Virus genome (UHGV): UHGV-0240508
Direction: 5' to 3' (one strand)
DNA from: a virus
Length of the DNA: 62,967 nt
The position numbers and the translations under genes were made by a program. Below the pieces are notes generated by a model. The model was not told the DNA's origin, ran no database searches, and saw only the letters and a list, made by a program, of their open reading frames with translations. Shown piece by piece: positions 24,636 to 34,925 of the stretch (the stretch's first letter is position 1; the number at the start of each line of letters is the position of its first letter).

Positions 24636-27600
24636 CTGCGGCTCCGCGCATCATTGTAGTAGTTGAGATTGTTCAGGACGGAAGCATACACTTCTCCTTC
24701 CTGTTCCGCAAGCGCTTCGAACTGTTCCCGAAGTTCCGACGTGTCCGCAGCCGACAGCCATGTGTTGCGCATGTCTTTGGAAAACGACTGGCTCTTGCTG
24801 CGCAACGCAGACTTCGCCGCCCGCAGGAGAAGGTAATCATCGATATCCGCCTCGCCCCATCCGGCAGCCGACAGCTTCTCGGTCAGGTAAGCTTCCTTCG
24901 CCGTCGCATCTCTGCTGATTGCCGCAGGGATGGCGACATCTACAGCTTCCCTGCGGATACGGCCTTCAAATTCTTCGAGCGCATTGTAGTACATGGCTTG
25001 ATTGGTGGCGTGTTTTTCTCCGTAGAACATGGTGCCGCCGAATGCTTCGAGCACAGGTCCGAGCGTTTCGCGCGCACTGCCTTCCTGATGTCCCTTTCTC
25101 GTTTCTCCGGCCGGTTCGATATACAGTGAACGCAGGAGCCTCAGAGGGCCGACGAGCAGGCCGTCTGCAAGCGTCTTCAGTTGCTCGGGCGCAAGGTCGT
25201 ACCCGGTCGTCTTCAGCAGCTCCTTCGCCACATCGTGGTAGAACTTCGGCGTAGACATCTTGCCTTGTACGGCCATCGACTTCGTTTCTTCATTGGTGGC
25301 CCACGTCACCTTGCCGCCCCAATAATTCCGATTGGTAGCCGTCTGCACGAGGCCGGACAGGATGCTTGGGGAAATGGCCTGCATAATCCAAGCTGTAGGA
25401 TCTTTCGCCATGTCGAAATTCGGCTTCCCCGTAGGCGAGGTGTTGTCGAAGAGCGTGAAAAGCAGTTCGCCTGCGAAATGCTCGGGGGCCATGAGGCCGC
25501 GTTCCACACGGTCATGGCCAACGGCCAGCGTTATGATGAGCTGCTGGATGCCGAAGCCAAAAGGAATCTTCGCATACCCACCCTTGCCGTCTCCAATGGG
25601 GAGCGCCCGTTGCAATTCCGACAGGGACATCTGGTCGAAACGGCTCATGCCCGTATCTTCATCGTAACCCATCGACTCCTTAAGGAGCGGCAAGAGCGCC
25701 GTAACCGCAGCATAACCGCCGAGGATGGTCGCTGCTGCGCGGGGGCCGCGGCTGCGCAGGTCCTTCACATCACCCGTGATGCCGAGAGTACGCATCATGG
25801 CCATGCCGCCCTGCACCGTGGGTTTCACGAAGGGAAAAAGTACACGCAGGATTGGTGTCCACTCGCCCGTCTGGTAAAGGTTCATAAGCTCGAGTGTACC
25901 GTGCGCCGCCTGTCTGGGATCGACACCGGCCTTGCGCAGGGTGACGAACTGATTGAAACTCGCAAGGTTATTGAAATAGTCATTCCAGCCGTCCAGCGTT
26001 TCCAATACCCACTTGCCGTTGCCCTGCACACCATCAAGCGCCTGTTTGAGCCCGGCGTATTCAGGCTTGTTGATGAGCGCCGCAATGCCTTTCTTTTGCT
26101 GCGCGACCGACTGCTTGCCGCCCATCATATCTTCGAGGGACAGCCGCTCGGTATTGAGCTGTGCCATATATTTCTGGTACAGGCCATATTGCTCGTATTC
26201 ACGCCAGTACTGTGCGCCCATGCTGTTCGGGTCGAGTGTCCCCGAGAGAGCCCGATGCAGCTCGACTCCCGAAGCAGGAGCATTTACGAGGAACGACCCG
26301 GTCAGCCGCCAGCCCGGGATGCGGTTGCCGTTCCCGTCGTAATATTCACGTGTAAGCATATGGATGCCGCGCTCGGCTACGTCGCGGAAAGTGTTCACTA
26401 CGGCGAATGCTGGCGTAAAACGTGTGAACGCCTGACTGTAGACGCTCGTCACCTTGGCAAGCCCCGACACTGCCCGTTCAAGGCCCGTCGCCGCCTTGCT
26501 TGTATTCTGCAAGGCACGGGAGACGGCAATGCCTGTCATTCCGGTACGTGCATCCGTCCAGTTCTCGTCGATGTAATAGGCTCTGCGCTGCATATGGGAG
26601 AAGTTGCCGTTCCAGTCATGGACCGGGACGTCGACTACGATGGCGCGGGAGAGGAGGTTCGAATAGTAATTGCGGTAAGCCACATCGGGGCTGTTGGCCT
26701 TGGCCGTCAACTGGCTGTAGTTTTCCCACCTGAGCCCCGTATCACGGTTACGCTCCGACGCTACCCGTTCCATCGATGCCAGCATCATACCGAAGTCGCG
26801 CATACCGAACTCGTTTGCCGCCCGGCGTGCGTACTGAAAGACCGTATAGTACGCGCTGTCTGGCGAACCCTGCCTGCCCTGAATGGCTTCATATCTGCCC
26901 GGGTTGTACCCGGTAAGGTCGTTGACGGCACCGACGAGGTTATTGGCGCGGGAGAGGACCGGCACATAGGTCTGGAACGCAGGGAAAGCTCGTGCCTGTT
27001 CCGGCGTCACAGTCCCCCACGATGCGCGGTCATTTGTAATCTGCACGGCAATAGAGCTCAGCCGGTCGCTGAACGCTTCCGCTTCTTCGCGCGTGACGCC
27101 GAGGGAGAGCACATGGTCCATGACCATACGCGCCTGCCCGTTCGTCATGCCGCCGTGAAAGACATGTTCCGGCGGGTCGACGGAATTGATGTGCTGTCTG
27201 AGGTCACGAATTTTTGTAGATATATCCGCTACTTTCACAGGGTCGTTTTCAAGCTGTGCTGCGGTGAGTTCCGCTTCCCATCGATTCAGAAGCAGCGTGT
27301 TGCGTTCGCCCATGTGCCGGGCGGTGGCGTAGTGCCCCATTGTCGCCGCCAGTTGTTCGGCGTCCATCCCCAAGCGTTCGGCAATAGGACGTACGGACAA
27401 CAAAAGGTCCTGCCGCTGGCGGTCGTAAATCTGGAATTGCCCACGGATCTTCGTAGGCATCAGCTCGAATTCCTTCACAATACGGTTGTTCATGACCGAC
27501 TTACCGGGGTCGGCAAAATTGTAGGCCACGAACTTGTGGAAATCCGCACGGTCATTGACGAGCCGTTTGAATGTGGAATTGACGAAGTCGAACCACTTGC

Positions 27601-27982
27601 TTGTTTCTGCGACCGAAGAGCCGTTCACATAGGCATAGGCGTTTTCCCAGTCGTTTGCGAGCTTCTCCCTCGAAAGCATCGCATTGTTCGTGAGCTTCGC
27701 CACCTGCCGTGCGGCGCGCATAAGCTGCGAGGCGTCCGTGCGGTTCACGTCGTTGCCCGGAGCTGTAAGGCTCGTGGGCCGCCCCGTCCCGGGCGCAATG
27801 AGATTGCGCAGCCGTGTGAAGATACCGGCACGCTGTGCCGCATCGCGCTGCACTCCATCCCGCAAGTCGATGATCTCGTCATTCATATTGCGGATGGGGC
27901 GTCCGTCCTCGAAGATACCGCCGTTGCCATGCGGCCCCTGCCCCGCCTTGTAGACGGAAAAATCATCCGGGCATCCGTTCAT
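24632..27982 (-). CDS. large virion protein (about 1116 aa); internal, ejection or tape-measure-like (unassigned)
   Basis: Very long ORF with ATGA overlaps on both sides. No enzymatic motif recognised. Confidence 0.55.
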   Translation of the reverse strand: MNGCPDDFSVYKAGQGPHGNGGIFEDGRPIRNMNDEIIDLRDGVQRDAAQRAGIFTRLRNLIAPGTGRPTSLTAPGNDVNRTDASQLMRAARQVAKLTNNAMLSREKLANDWENAYAYVNGSSVAETSKWFDFVNSTFKRLVNDRADFHKFVAYNFADPGKSVMNNRIVKEFELMPTKIRGQFQIYDRQRQDLLLSVRPIAERLGMDAEQLAATMGHYATARHMGERNTLLLNRWEAELTAAQLENDPVKVADISTKIRDLRQHINSVDPPEHVFHGGMTNGQARMVMDHVLSLGVTREEAEAFSDRLSSIAVQITNDRASWGTVTPEQARAFPAFQTYVPVLSRANNLVGAVNDLTGYNPGRYEAIQGRQGSPDSAYYTVFQYARRAANEFGMRDFGMMLASMERVASERNRDTGLRWENYSQLTAKANSPDVAYRNYYSNLLSRAIVVDVPVHDWNGNFSHMQRRAYYIDENWTDARTGMTGIAVSRALQNTSKAATGLERAVSGLAKVTSVYSQAFTRFTPAFAVVNTFRDVAERGIHMLTREYYDGNGNRIPGWRLTGSFLVNAPASGVELHRALSGTLDPNSMGAQYWREYEQYGLYQKYMAQLNTERLSLEDMMGGKQSVAQQKKGIAALINKPEYAGLKQALDGVQGNGKWVLETLDGWNDYFNNLASFNQFVTLRKAGVDPRQAAHGTLELMNLYQTGEWTPILRVLFPFVKPTVQGGMAMMRTLGITGDVKDLRSRGPRAAATILGGYAAVTALLPLLKESMGYDEDTGMSRFDQMSLSELQRALPIGDGKGGYAKIPFGFGIQQLIITLAVGHDRVERGLMAPEHFAGELLFTLFDNTSPTGKPNFDMAKDPTAWIMQAISPSILSGLVQTATNRNYWGGKVTWATNEETKSMAVQGKMSTPKFYHDVAKELLKTTGYDLAPEQLKTLADGLLVGPLRLLRSLYIEPAGETRKGHQEGSARETLGPVLEAFGGTMFYGEKHATNQAMYYNALEEFEGRIRREAVDVAIPAAISRDATAKEAYLTEKLSAAGWGEADIDDYLLLRAAKSALRSKSQSFSKDMRNTWLSAADTSELREQFEALAEQEGEVYASVLNNLNYYNDARSRR

Positions 27983-30795
27983 CGCGTCACGCACCATATG
28001 TTGTTGTAGACCGATTCAATCGTTTCACGAGTATTCTTTTCGGCTTCGGGAACCGCATCAAGCACCGCATCGACACCAAGCGCTCTTGCATCCAGATAGT
28101 CGTTGTGCATTCGTTCGAAAGACCCTCTAAGGTTCGCCAGTTCGGGATGGACTTTGGCAAACGCATCCCATTCCGTACCGGAGGGCACGCCTTTCTGGAT
28201 GAGCTTCTTTATCGCAGGCCATGTACTTGCATTGAAGCCGTTCACTCCATTCGCGGCGTCCATATCGACGGCGTTCTTGATCCGCGTCAGAGTGACCGCC
28301 ATGTCCGCCAGTTCGGATGCACGGGGGCTTACCTGTTCATTCCTGCCAGTGCCGCCTGTGCCTCCAGTGCCGCGTTCGCTTCCGCTTCTCTGACCGCCAA
28401 AGACTCCTGCGCCAGCACCCGGTTCCTGAACTCGGGTTCCTGCTGTTGCAGGACTTGGTCCGCCGTCGGTTCCCGTTCCGGTATCAAGCCGCGCTTGTGG
28501 AGCATCTGCATCAGGCGCTTGACTCGGTCCGATGTTCTGTTGCGCGGCCCCGCCAAGCCCTCCGCTTTCAACTGTTCCACCATTTCGAGGAGTGACTGGA
28601 GCGCCTGCGTCGGCAGGGGTTTGAGCAACACTTCGGGTATTGGCTTCCATTCCGCGATTGCCTTGATTATCTGGAAGATAAGCTGCTCTTGCTCGTCCTT
28701 CTCCATTTGCGTCCAACCGGGGAGCTGGCGCGCCATTGCCGCCCTGTCCGTCGCCGCCTTGTCTGCCATTGCTCAGCTCCTGCTGTCTCGCTTCAATGAT
28801 TTCATCCAGAATGCCGACCGATTCAACCTTCGTGGCTCTCTTGAGTTTCGCATTGGAAAGTGCGTCACGAAGCTTCTCCGGCGAAACGCCATTCCCCACG
28901 ACATCCGTGAGCAGCTGTTTGTACAGCGCGGGTTCCCCCGGATGCTTTCTGAGGAAGCTGACAAGCTTGTCCGTGTCAAATTCCGTCGTTGGGCGTTCAT
29001 CAGGCCGGAAGACCTGACGCTGCGTATCCTGCCGCATGGCGGCATCAAAGAGTTCGCCTACACGCTTTTCGTCGAAGATCTTCGGATTTTGCTGGTGTGC
29101 GCGGTCGATCCAGTCTTTCAGCAGCGCGCGGTTGTTGCCGGTACGTTCAAGAAAGGTAGATACGATGTTGTCGGCGTCGAATTTGACCCCGCCGTCTACC
29201 GCCGTCGCCACGGCATTATACAATTGGCCCGGATACGAGAACCGGTTGACGCTTCCATCCGGCATAAGAAACGATTCCGTTCCATCCATGACGAGGTCAA
29301 GCCCGGGTGTCTGCGGTGTCGAAACCCCTCCTTCGGGACCGGAAGCTGCCGAAGTCCTGTCAGCTGTCGCACGAGGTGCGTCGCTTCGCCCTTCTGTCGT
29401 ATCTTTGGCAGGCGACGACGCAGTGCGGCGACGACGCGCACCCAAAATGCCGAATGGTACGCCTGCGGCAATAGAAGCGGCGAGCGCTTCCGGCACCCCC
29501 TCGGTCACGGCATTGTCCTGCCCCGTGACCGAATTGTATAGAGCGTTCTGCGCCACCACGTCGCCTACGTTGATGATGGAAGCTTCTGCTGCGGATTCGC
29601 CAATTGACTTTGCAAGCCGCTTGGCAAGCCCTTCCTGCGAGCGGCGCAAGGCCGCATCGACCACGGCATCCTCGGCAGTTTTCGCCGCCGCCTTTGCCCC
29701 GCCACGCAAGAAGGGGCGGGCTGCTGCACCGGCGATACGACCGACCGGAATGGTCAGGCCGCCGAAAACCGCACCGGTTGTAGCCGCACCCGCAAAGCCT
29801 TCCTCGATGGCACGCGCCTTTTCTTCTTCGGAGAGATTCGGGTCCTGCTCAACACGGGAAACATATTCGCTCCCCTCTACTCCCGCACCAACGCCAGCGC
29901 CGGCCAGCCCCGCAGCGATGGCAGGAATGGCCGCGCCGCCGGTAAGTGCCGAGGCAGCCGCCGCAGCCCCCATCGCCACCGGAGCCGTCGGGTCACTGGC
30001 AAGTTCGACGCCCGCGTTGGTCACGAGCCCGCCGATACCGTCCGAACGCTGCCAGAATCCCTGCCCTTCCTGCTCTCGGAGCATCTGTTCTTGCAGGTAG
30101 GGGTTCTCGCGCCGGATGTTTTCAAGGTCCGCCTGAAGCTCGGCATTGAGCTTGCGCTTCGTTTCGGCGTCTTCGCCCATCTGTGAGATGCCGGTAACGA
30201 GCTTGTTGCCGCCCATGCGCGCGGCATCCCACACAGTTTCCCAAAAGCCTGTAGAATCGATGGCCTTGCGGCCTTCCTTTACTCGCTGCGTATAGGGCCT
30301 CAGGCTTTCTTCGATGGCTTTCAGTGCCTTCTGGTCATCGGTGCCGACGAGTCGCGGGATATCGTTCTTGCGGATATCGTCAAGAACTTTAGCCTGATAG
30401 TCGATGGATTTGCCCGACAGCCCGGCAAGCTTTTCCCGCACGTCCCTGTCGTTCTGCAAAAGCGAACTGTAGGCGGCGGATTCCATGACACCCTGATTGC
30501 GGGAACGTTCCTTCTCCGTCGAACCGGGGACCCAGACGAACCGATAACCTTCGGGGGATGCAGGGTCCGCTACCGCCGTCCATGCCCCACCTTTGCCGCC
30601 TGCACGCGGACCACCGGTGCCGCCTCCGGCTGCGAGCTTCGCCTGTTGCAATCCAAACTTGGCTTCGTTCAACGCCTGCTGGTCCTGTGCCAGCACGACC
30701 TTGGTCACGTCGGCCAGCGACTGGTTCTGTTGCTGCGTGAAGTCCGGCAAGAGTCTGATCGCGCCGGACAGCCCGCCCGGATTTGGCAAAGCCAT
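27979..30795 (-). CDS. large Gly/Ala-rich virion protein (938 aa) with hydrophobic Ala/Gly segments
   Basis: Long ORF with low-complexity A/G-rich stretches (AMGAAAAASALTGGAAIPAIAAGLAGAGVGAGV) and a Gly-rich C-terminal region. Confidence 0.5.
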   Translation of the reverse strand: MALPNPGGLSGAIRLLPDFTQQQNQSLADVTKVVLAQDQQALNEAKFGLQQAKLAAGGGTGGPRAGGKGGAWTAVADPASPEGYRFVWVPGSTEKERSRNQGVMESAAYSSLLQNDRDVREKLAGLSGKSIDYQAKVLDDIRKNDIPRLVGTDDQKALKAIEESLRPYTQRVKEGRKAIDSTGFWETVWDAARMGGNKLVTGISQMGEDAETKRKLNAELQADLENIRRENPYLQEQMLREQEGQGFWQRSDGIGGLVTNAGVELASDPTAPVAMGAAAAASALTGGAAIPAIAAGLAGAGVGAGVEGSEYVSRVEQDPNLSEEEKARAIEEGFAGAATTGAVFGGLTIPVGRIAGAAARPFLRGGAKAAAKTAEDAVVDAALRRSQEGLAKRLAKSIGESAAEASIINVGDVVAQNALYNSVTGQDNAVTEGVPEALAASIAAGVPFGILGARRRRTASSPAKDTTEGRSDAPRATADRTSAASGPEGGVSTPQTPGLDLVMDGTESFLMPDGSVNRFSYPGQLYNAVATAVDGGVKFDADNIVSTFLERTGNNRALLKDWIDRAHQQNPKIFDEKRVGELFDAAMRQDTQRQVFRPDERPTTEFDTDKLVSFLRKHPGEPALYKQLLTDVVGNGVSPEKLRDALSNAKLKRATKVESVGILDEIIEARQQELSNGRQGGDGQGGNGAPAPRLDANGEGRARAAYLPDNQGNRGMEANTRSVAQTPADAGAPVTPRNGGTVESGGLGGAAQQNIGPSQAPDADAPQARLDTGTGTDGGPSPATAGTRVQEPGAGAGVFGGQRSGSERGTGGTGGTGRNEQVSPRASELADMAVTLTRIKNAVDMDAANGVNGFNASTWPAIKKLIQKGVPSGTEWDAFAKVHPELANLRGSFERMHNDYLDARALGVDAVLDAVPEAEKNTRETIESVYNNIWCVTR

Positions 30796-30798
30796 ATG

Positions 30799-31014
30799 TT
30801 ACTCCATCGGTACGAGGTCAATGAGCGTGCGGAACTGCTCATCGAAGATAGTGTTCGCGTTCCCCGGCTGCGGCCGCTGCATCTCGCCAAGCGCGCGCAG
30901 TGCGCTCTCGATAAGGTATTGCTGCTGCTGGAACTCCGTATCCATTGCGATTTCAGGGTCCGGACCGGAAGAAGCTTCCGCCGCCTGAATCATTTCCATC
31001 AGATCATTGGCCAT
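30799..31014 (-). CDS. small acidic protein (71 aa)
   Basis: Compact ORF between two structural genes. Confidence 0.4.
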   Translation of the reverse strand: MANDLMEMIQAAEASSGPDPEIAMDTEFQQQQYLIESALRALGEMQRPQPGNANTIFDEQFRTLIDLVPME

Positions 31015-31017
31015 AGC

Positions 31018-32214
31018 TTACCTCGAAGAAAGGATGCTCGGATGCACCGGACCACGCACCTCGGGATTGTATGCACCACGGTACTCGTTCGTCAATGCGC
31101 TGCGTGCGGCATTGCCGAGCTCCCCATACAACTGCGGAGTCGGGTTGTATGTCCCACGAACTTCCGGTGCCGTGGCCGCCGGGGGCGGAGTATATTCGAT
31201 GACCTCCTGCGCCAACGGACTCATACCGAGCCTGCCCACATTGTCAGGATTTCCGCCATGCAGAAGATACCATTCACGCGATTCAGCACCGGGGGCGTAG
31301 GGGTCGGCGTAGGTGCCCGTGTCGCCCACGGAAGCATCTCCACCCGGCACGACAAAATAATCATCGTAATCAAACTGGCCGAGGTCGCGGATAATGCTGT
31401 CGGGCGCGGCCTGATTGATGGCCGCTTCAAATACCTCGCCCTGAGTGTACTGCGGCGTATTGATGGGTGTCGGGTTATACACCCCTCTCACTTCAGCTGG
31501 AGCTGTCACGGGCGGACGCTGTGGCCCGGCGTTGGGACCCATAGGGGGATTCGGCGTATCCGGCTGCTGTTGAGGAGCCGCCGTTTTCTGTGCGGGGGTC
31601 GTTCTTTGCGTGCCGCCTCCGCCGGTTCCGCCCGCCGCGCGGCAGGGAGTCCGCTGCGTCATGGCACGCAAAAGTTCCTGCGCCATGCCGTTCTGCGCCG
31701 GAGGAGCCAGCCACGGCCCGAGAACGCTCCATGCGTTGGCCATCGCAGGTGCCGCATAATTCTGCGGTGTACCGTTCAGAACATGCGGGTAGATGGACGG
31801 GTATCCCACAAGCGGATTCACCGATCCGTCAGGCCCCGCCATATAACCGGCCGTAGCATAGGGCGACCGCTGCATAAGCACGGGCGGAATGCCGTAGCGT
31901 TCTTGGGCTTCGTAGGCTCCGGGCGCGTTCCAGTAATTCTGAATGCCGGGGCGCGCTTCGCGCATGAGCGACGGCGGCTGATTCTGAATAGCCACAGGGA
32001 GTCGCACGGGCATCTGCGGCCCGGCGTTGGGACCCATAGGTGCGTTGACGCACGGCACGGGCATATTCTGGGTAGTCATGGGCACCGGGCGGCGGCTCTG
32101 TGCGGCAATACTGTCGGCCAGCGCGTCGAATCTCGCCTGCGTATCGTCGTACGGCACGGGACCATCGCCGCCGATATACCCCCCGGACTGTGTGGGGATG
32201 ACGTATCTTGGCAT
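31018..32214 (-). CDS. proline-rich protein with internal repeats (PMGPNAGPQ; EVRG-x-YNPTP)
   Basis: Repeats NAPMGPNAGPQMP / NPPMGPNAGPQRP and AEVRGVYNPTP / PEVRGTYNPTP / YNPEVRGP. Confidence 0.5.
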   Translation of the reverse strand: MPRYVIPTQSGGYIGGDGPVPYDDTQARFDALADSIAAQSRRPVPMTTQNMPVPCVNAPMGPNAGPQMPVRLPVAIQNQPPSLMREARPGIQNYWNAPGAYEAQERYGIPPVLMQRSPYATAGYMAGPDGSVNPLVGYPSIYPHVLNGTPQNYAAPAMANAWSVLGPWLAPPAQNGMAQELLRAMTQRTPCRAAGGTGGGGTQRTTPAQKTAAPQQQPDTPNPPMGPNAGPQRPPVTAPAEVRGVYNPTPINTPQYTQGEVFEAAINQAAPDSIIRDLGQFDYDDYFVVPGGDASVGDTGTYADPYAPGAESREWYLLHGGNPDNVGRLGMSPLAQEVIEYTPPPAATAPEVRGTYNPTPQLYGELGNAARSALTNEYRGAYNPEVRGPVHPSILSSR

Positions 32215-32223
32215 GGGTTTCTC

Positions 32224-32718
32224 CTAGTACATCACGCTTGGAATGTTCATTGTGGACTGGTACGGATTCTGGTTCTGCGCGCCGTAAAGCCGAGAAAGCT
32301 GCGCGAGCGACCCCATGTCGGCACCGCCAAATCCGTAATCCTGCGGGAAAAGGGCGCGCTCGCTCGTACGGTATGCCGAGCCCAGACGCGCCATGTTGTT
32401 CATGTCACCAAGTACATCGTCCCATCCCGCGTCACGGTACGACTGACGATAGGCACGGCCTCGATTGAGGGAATTCAGAAAGTAGTTCTGCGTGCTGTCC
32501 GCGACACCAATATTCGACATCGCTGCTTGGTCGTACTCTCGTGTGAGGCGAGGGTTGAATACGGCTTCGTCCCATGCGTTCTGAATCTGGCCGGACTGCA
32601 CCTTGTTGTACTGGTTCAGGTCATTCCAGTTGTCCTGCACCGCCATCCGCTCGCCCTGTACATAACCCGGCAGGGCACGGCTGAACGCACCTAATGCGCC
32701 AAAAAAATTAAAGGCCAT
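32224..32718 (-). CDS. hypothetical structural protein (164 aa), first of a paralogous triplet
   Basis: Tight gene spacing. Shares N/Q/Y-rich composition with the next two genes. Confidence 0.5.
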   Translation of the reverse strand: MAFNFFGALGAFSRALPGYVQGERMAVQDNWNDLNQYNKVQSGQIQNAWDEAVFNPRLTREYDQAAMSNIGVADSTQNYFLNSLNRGRAYRQSYRDAGWDDVLGDMNNMARLGSAYRTSERALFPQDYGFGGADMGSLAQLSRLYGAQNQNPYQSTMNIPSVMY

Positions 32719-32721
32719 ACG

Positions 32722-33612
32722 TTATGCTCCTGTCGCGTCGAGCGCCCCGGTCGCTCCACTGAATCCCGGCGACGCGGAGACGATGAAGCCCCCATCATTG
32801 CGCCCGCTCGAGCCGAGGAACGTCGTCGGGTAAAACGTGTCGTTACGAGCCCCATAGTAACCGAGGGTGGACATGAGGCTGTTCGCCGCTTGATCGATTT
32901 GCTGCCCCACCTGATTGTACAGATTACGCGCCACGTCGCCGTACTTCAACGCCTCGGAGGTCAGATTGCGGCCAAGGTTCAGGATATTGCTGCGGCGGTT
33001 CCAACGCTTGTCGTTACTGTAGTCGACGAACCACTGGTCGTCCTGCATATTGTAATTGACCGTATCAACAAGCGATACCGCCTGCTTCGTCTCCAGATAG
33101 GGGACAAGCGTATCGTCCGGGCAAAGCTGCAACTTCTGCCTGAGCTGCCTCAGATAATTCTGCATCTGCGTATAGGCGGGATTCACGCTTGCTTCGGCCC
33201 GACGCCTGTCGTCAGCACAATCAAGCGTCTTGATGGGCTCGGTGGAAACTTCGTTCAGCAGCTTCTTCTCAAGCGGCATGTATTTGTTCTTGAAGCGGTT
33301 CCACTTGTCCTCGGCCATCTGGTAATAGGACTCGGCAAGGTCCTGCTTCTTGTCGGCAATCTCCTGCTGTGCAAGCGCGTTCGCAGTGGCAACGGCCAGT
33401 TGCGCCACCGTGAAAAGCTTGTTCCACGCACTCTCGCCCTTGGCCCCCCACTCGGGAGCGGCCCAATGGCAGAAACGAATACTGTCGATAACGCCGTCTT
33501 TGCCGCCATGACCGGAACCATAGAGCGTCTTGTTGACGTCTTCGGTCTTGCTGGCGTGCTGCTTGATGGCATTGGCTACGGCAGTCGGATCGGCACAAGT
33601 GCATTGAGCCAT
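32722..33612 (-). CDS. hypothetical structural protein (296 aa), paralogue of 33612..34391
   Basis: Shared segments (YGARNDTFYPTTFLG vs MQNRNPTAYPTTYVQ; KWNRFKNKY vs KKYWKIAKNW). Confidence 0.5.
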   Translation of the reverse strand: MAQCTCADPTAVANAIKQHASKTEDVNKTLYGSGHGGKDGVIDSIRFCHWAAPEWGAKGESAWNKLFTVAQLAVATANALAQQEIADKKQDLAESYYQMAEDKWNRFKNKYMPLEKKLLNEVSTEPIKTLDCADDRRRAEASVNPAYTQMQNYLRQLRQKLQLCPDDTLVPYLETKQAVSLVDTVNYNMQDDQWFVDYSNDKRWNRRSNILNLGRNLTSEALKYGDVARNLYNQVGQQIDQAANSLMSTLGYYGARNDTFYPTTFLGSSGRNDGGFIVSASPGFSGATGALDATGA

Positions 33613-34391
33613 CAGTCAGCTCCTCCAATCGGCATCTGGGGTCCGGAATTCGGGGGCGTGGAATTCATGTTCATCTGGCCGTGCGCCTTGGCGTACGCCT
33701 GCTCCCGCTGCTGGACGTATGTGGTCGGATAGGCGGTAGGGTTGCGGTTCTGCATGTACCCAAGATAAGTCCCGGCCCCTTCAAGCCCCTTCCATGTCTG
33801 GTCCCACAAGTCTCCGTAAATGCCCGCCGTGGCCTTCGCAAGCGAAACATTGTCGGCAATCATGTTCCGCCCCCGTTTTGCAGTGGCGAACTGCCGCTGG
33901 AACCGTTCGTCGTCTCTGGCTTCGATATACGCCCGCTCATTCCGATAGCCAAGCCCGTCAGCCAAGGCCACGGCGCTTGCATTTGCCGCGGCGAGTTCCG
34001 CCACCATATCGTTGCGCAAACCTGTACAGTATCGAGACGTACAGCGTACCGCCCGGTCTACGGCACCGCGAAACTGCATCATGGCAATGATTCGCGCCCG
34101 GCCTCTGGCCGCTTCATATTCGGGTTCCGGCTCCGTCAGAGCCATCGCTTCTTCAAGTTCTTGGTCTTCTACCGGAGCGTAAAAATCGTTGTAATAGTCA
34201 AGCCAGTTCTTTGCAATCTTCCAATACTTTTTTGCCATCTTCCATTCGGCTTCGGCTATGTCGATGGCTTTCTTCGTATTGTAGGCGGCTGCGGCGACAG
34301 CTGCTACCGTAATGAGCTCGGCAAAGATTGAATGTTCTCGGTCGTTCGACCCGTGTTCTGCATTGCATTCGGTATCACTGGCGTAGACCAT
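33612..34391 (-). CDS. hypothetical structural protein (259 aa), paralogue of 32722..33612
   Basis: See the shared motifs above. Confidence 0.5.
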   Translation of the reverse strand: MVYASDTECNAEHGSNDREHSIFAELITVAAVAAAAYNTKKAIDIAEAEWKMAKKYWKIAKNWLDYYNDFYAPVEDQELEEAMALTEPEPEYEAARGRARIIAMMQFRGAVDRAVRCTSRYCTGLRNDMVAELAAANASAVALADGLGYRNERAYIEARDDERFQRQFATAKRGRNMIADNVSLAKATAGIYGDLWDQTWKGLEGAGTYLGYMQNRNPTAYPTTYVQQREQAYAKAHGQMNMNSTPPNSGPQMPIGGAD

Positions 34392-34394
34392 AGC

Positions 34395-34868
34395 TTACTT
34401 CTTCTTGTAACGACGCAGAGTGAATTTGTTTTCTTCGACCCATGCGACCGGCACGGGCGGAATCCGGTCCCCGGCATCGTCGGCCACCCAAAGCTCGTCG
34501 CATCCGATATAGCGGATGGCTTGGGCCGCATGAGCGAAAAGCGCTTCCTCAAGCCGAGTATCTCCCCGGGTGTACCAGTCTTCAACCTTGAAGACGGACG
34601 CCTCGTAAGGCAGCGGACGGAAAACCATACCAATCAGGTAGCCGACGGGTTCGTGGCGTTCGTCGTAGGCGATGAAAATCTTTAGCGTCTTCGCATACCA
34701 CATCTGCGCAAACGCCGCGACGTTCAGGCTGAATGGCTTTTTATAGTGCGGCTCTTTATCTTCTCGCCATGATTCGGCATAGAGTTTGCCGATTTCGTTT
34801 CCGAGATTGTCGACGGCGATATTGATGTCGTCGTCGGGCTCCAAGATGTCGATCGTCCATTTGCCCAT
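34395..34868 (-). CDS. hypothetical protein (157 aa)
   Basis: AAGGAG upstream. Preceded by its own promoter. Confidence 0.5.
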   Translation of the reverse strand: MGKWTIDILEPDDDINIAVDNLGNEIGKLYAESWREDKEPHYKKPFSLNVAAFAQMWYAKTLKIFIAYDERHEPVGYLIGMVFRPLPYEASVFKVEDWYTRGDTRLEEALFAHAAQAIRYIGCDELWVADDAGDRIPPVPVAWVEENKFTLRRYKKK

Positions 34869-34887
34869 GAACTCGCTCCTTTATTTC

Positions 34888-34916
34888 TCTGCAACATATC
34901 GAAACACGCAAAGGAT
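34888..34916 (-). promoter_or_regulatory. sigma70-like promoter on the minus strand: TTGCCA-N17-TATGTT
   Basis: Reverse complement of 34911-34916 is TTGCCA, with a 17-nt spacer. Reverse complement of 34888-34893 is TATGTT, then AAGGAG and ATG 34868. Confidence 0.5.
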
Positions 34917-34925
34917 GGCAAGTAC

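Noticed and set aside
25181-28009. 942-aa plus-strand ORF antisense to the 1116-aa virion gene
   Set aside because: Arg/His-rich, low-complexity composition typical of antisense frames in GC-rich DNA. The sense-strand gene shows operon-consistent ATGA overlaps.
34395-34868. GNAT acetyltransferase assignment for the 157-aa protein
   Set aside because: No Q/R-x-x-G-x-G/A acetyl-CoA motif could be found. Left as hypothetical.
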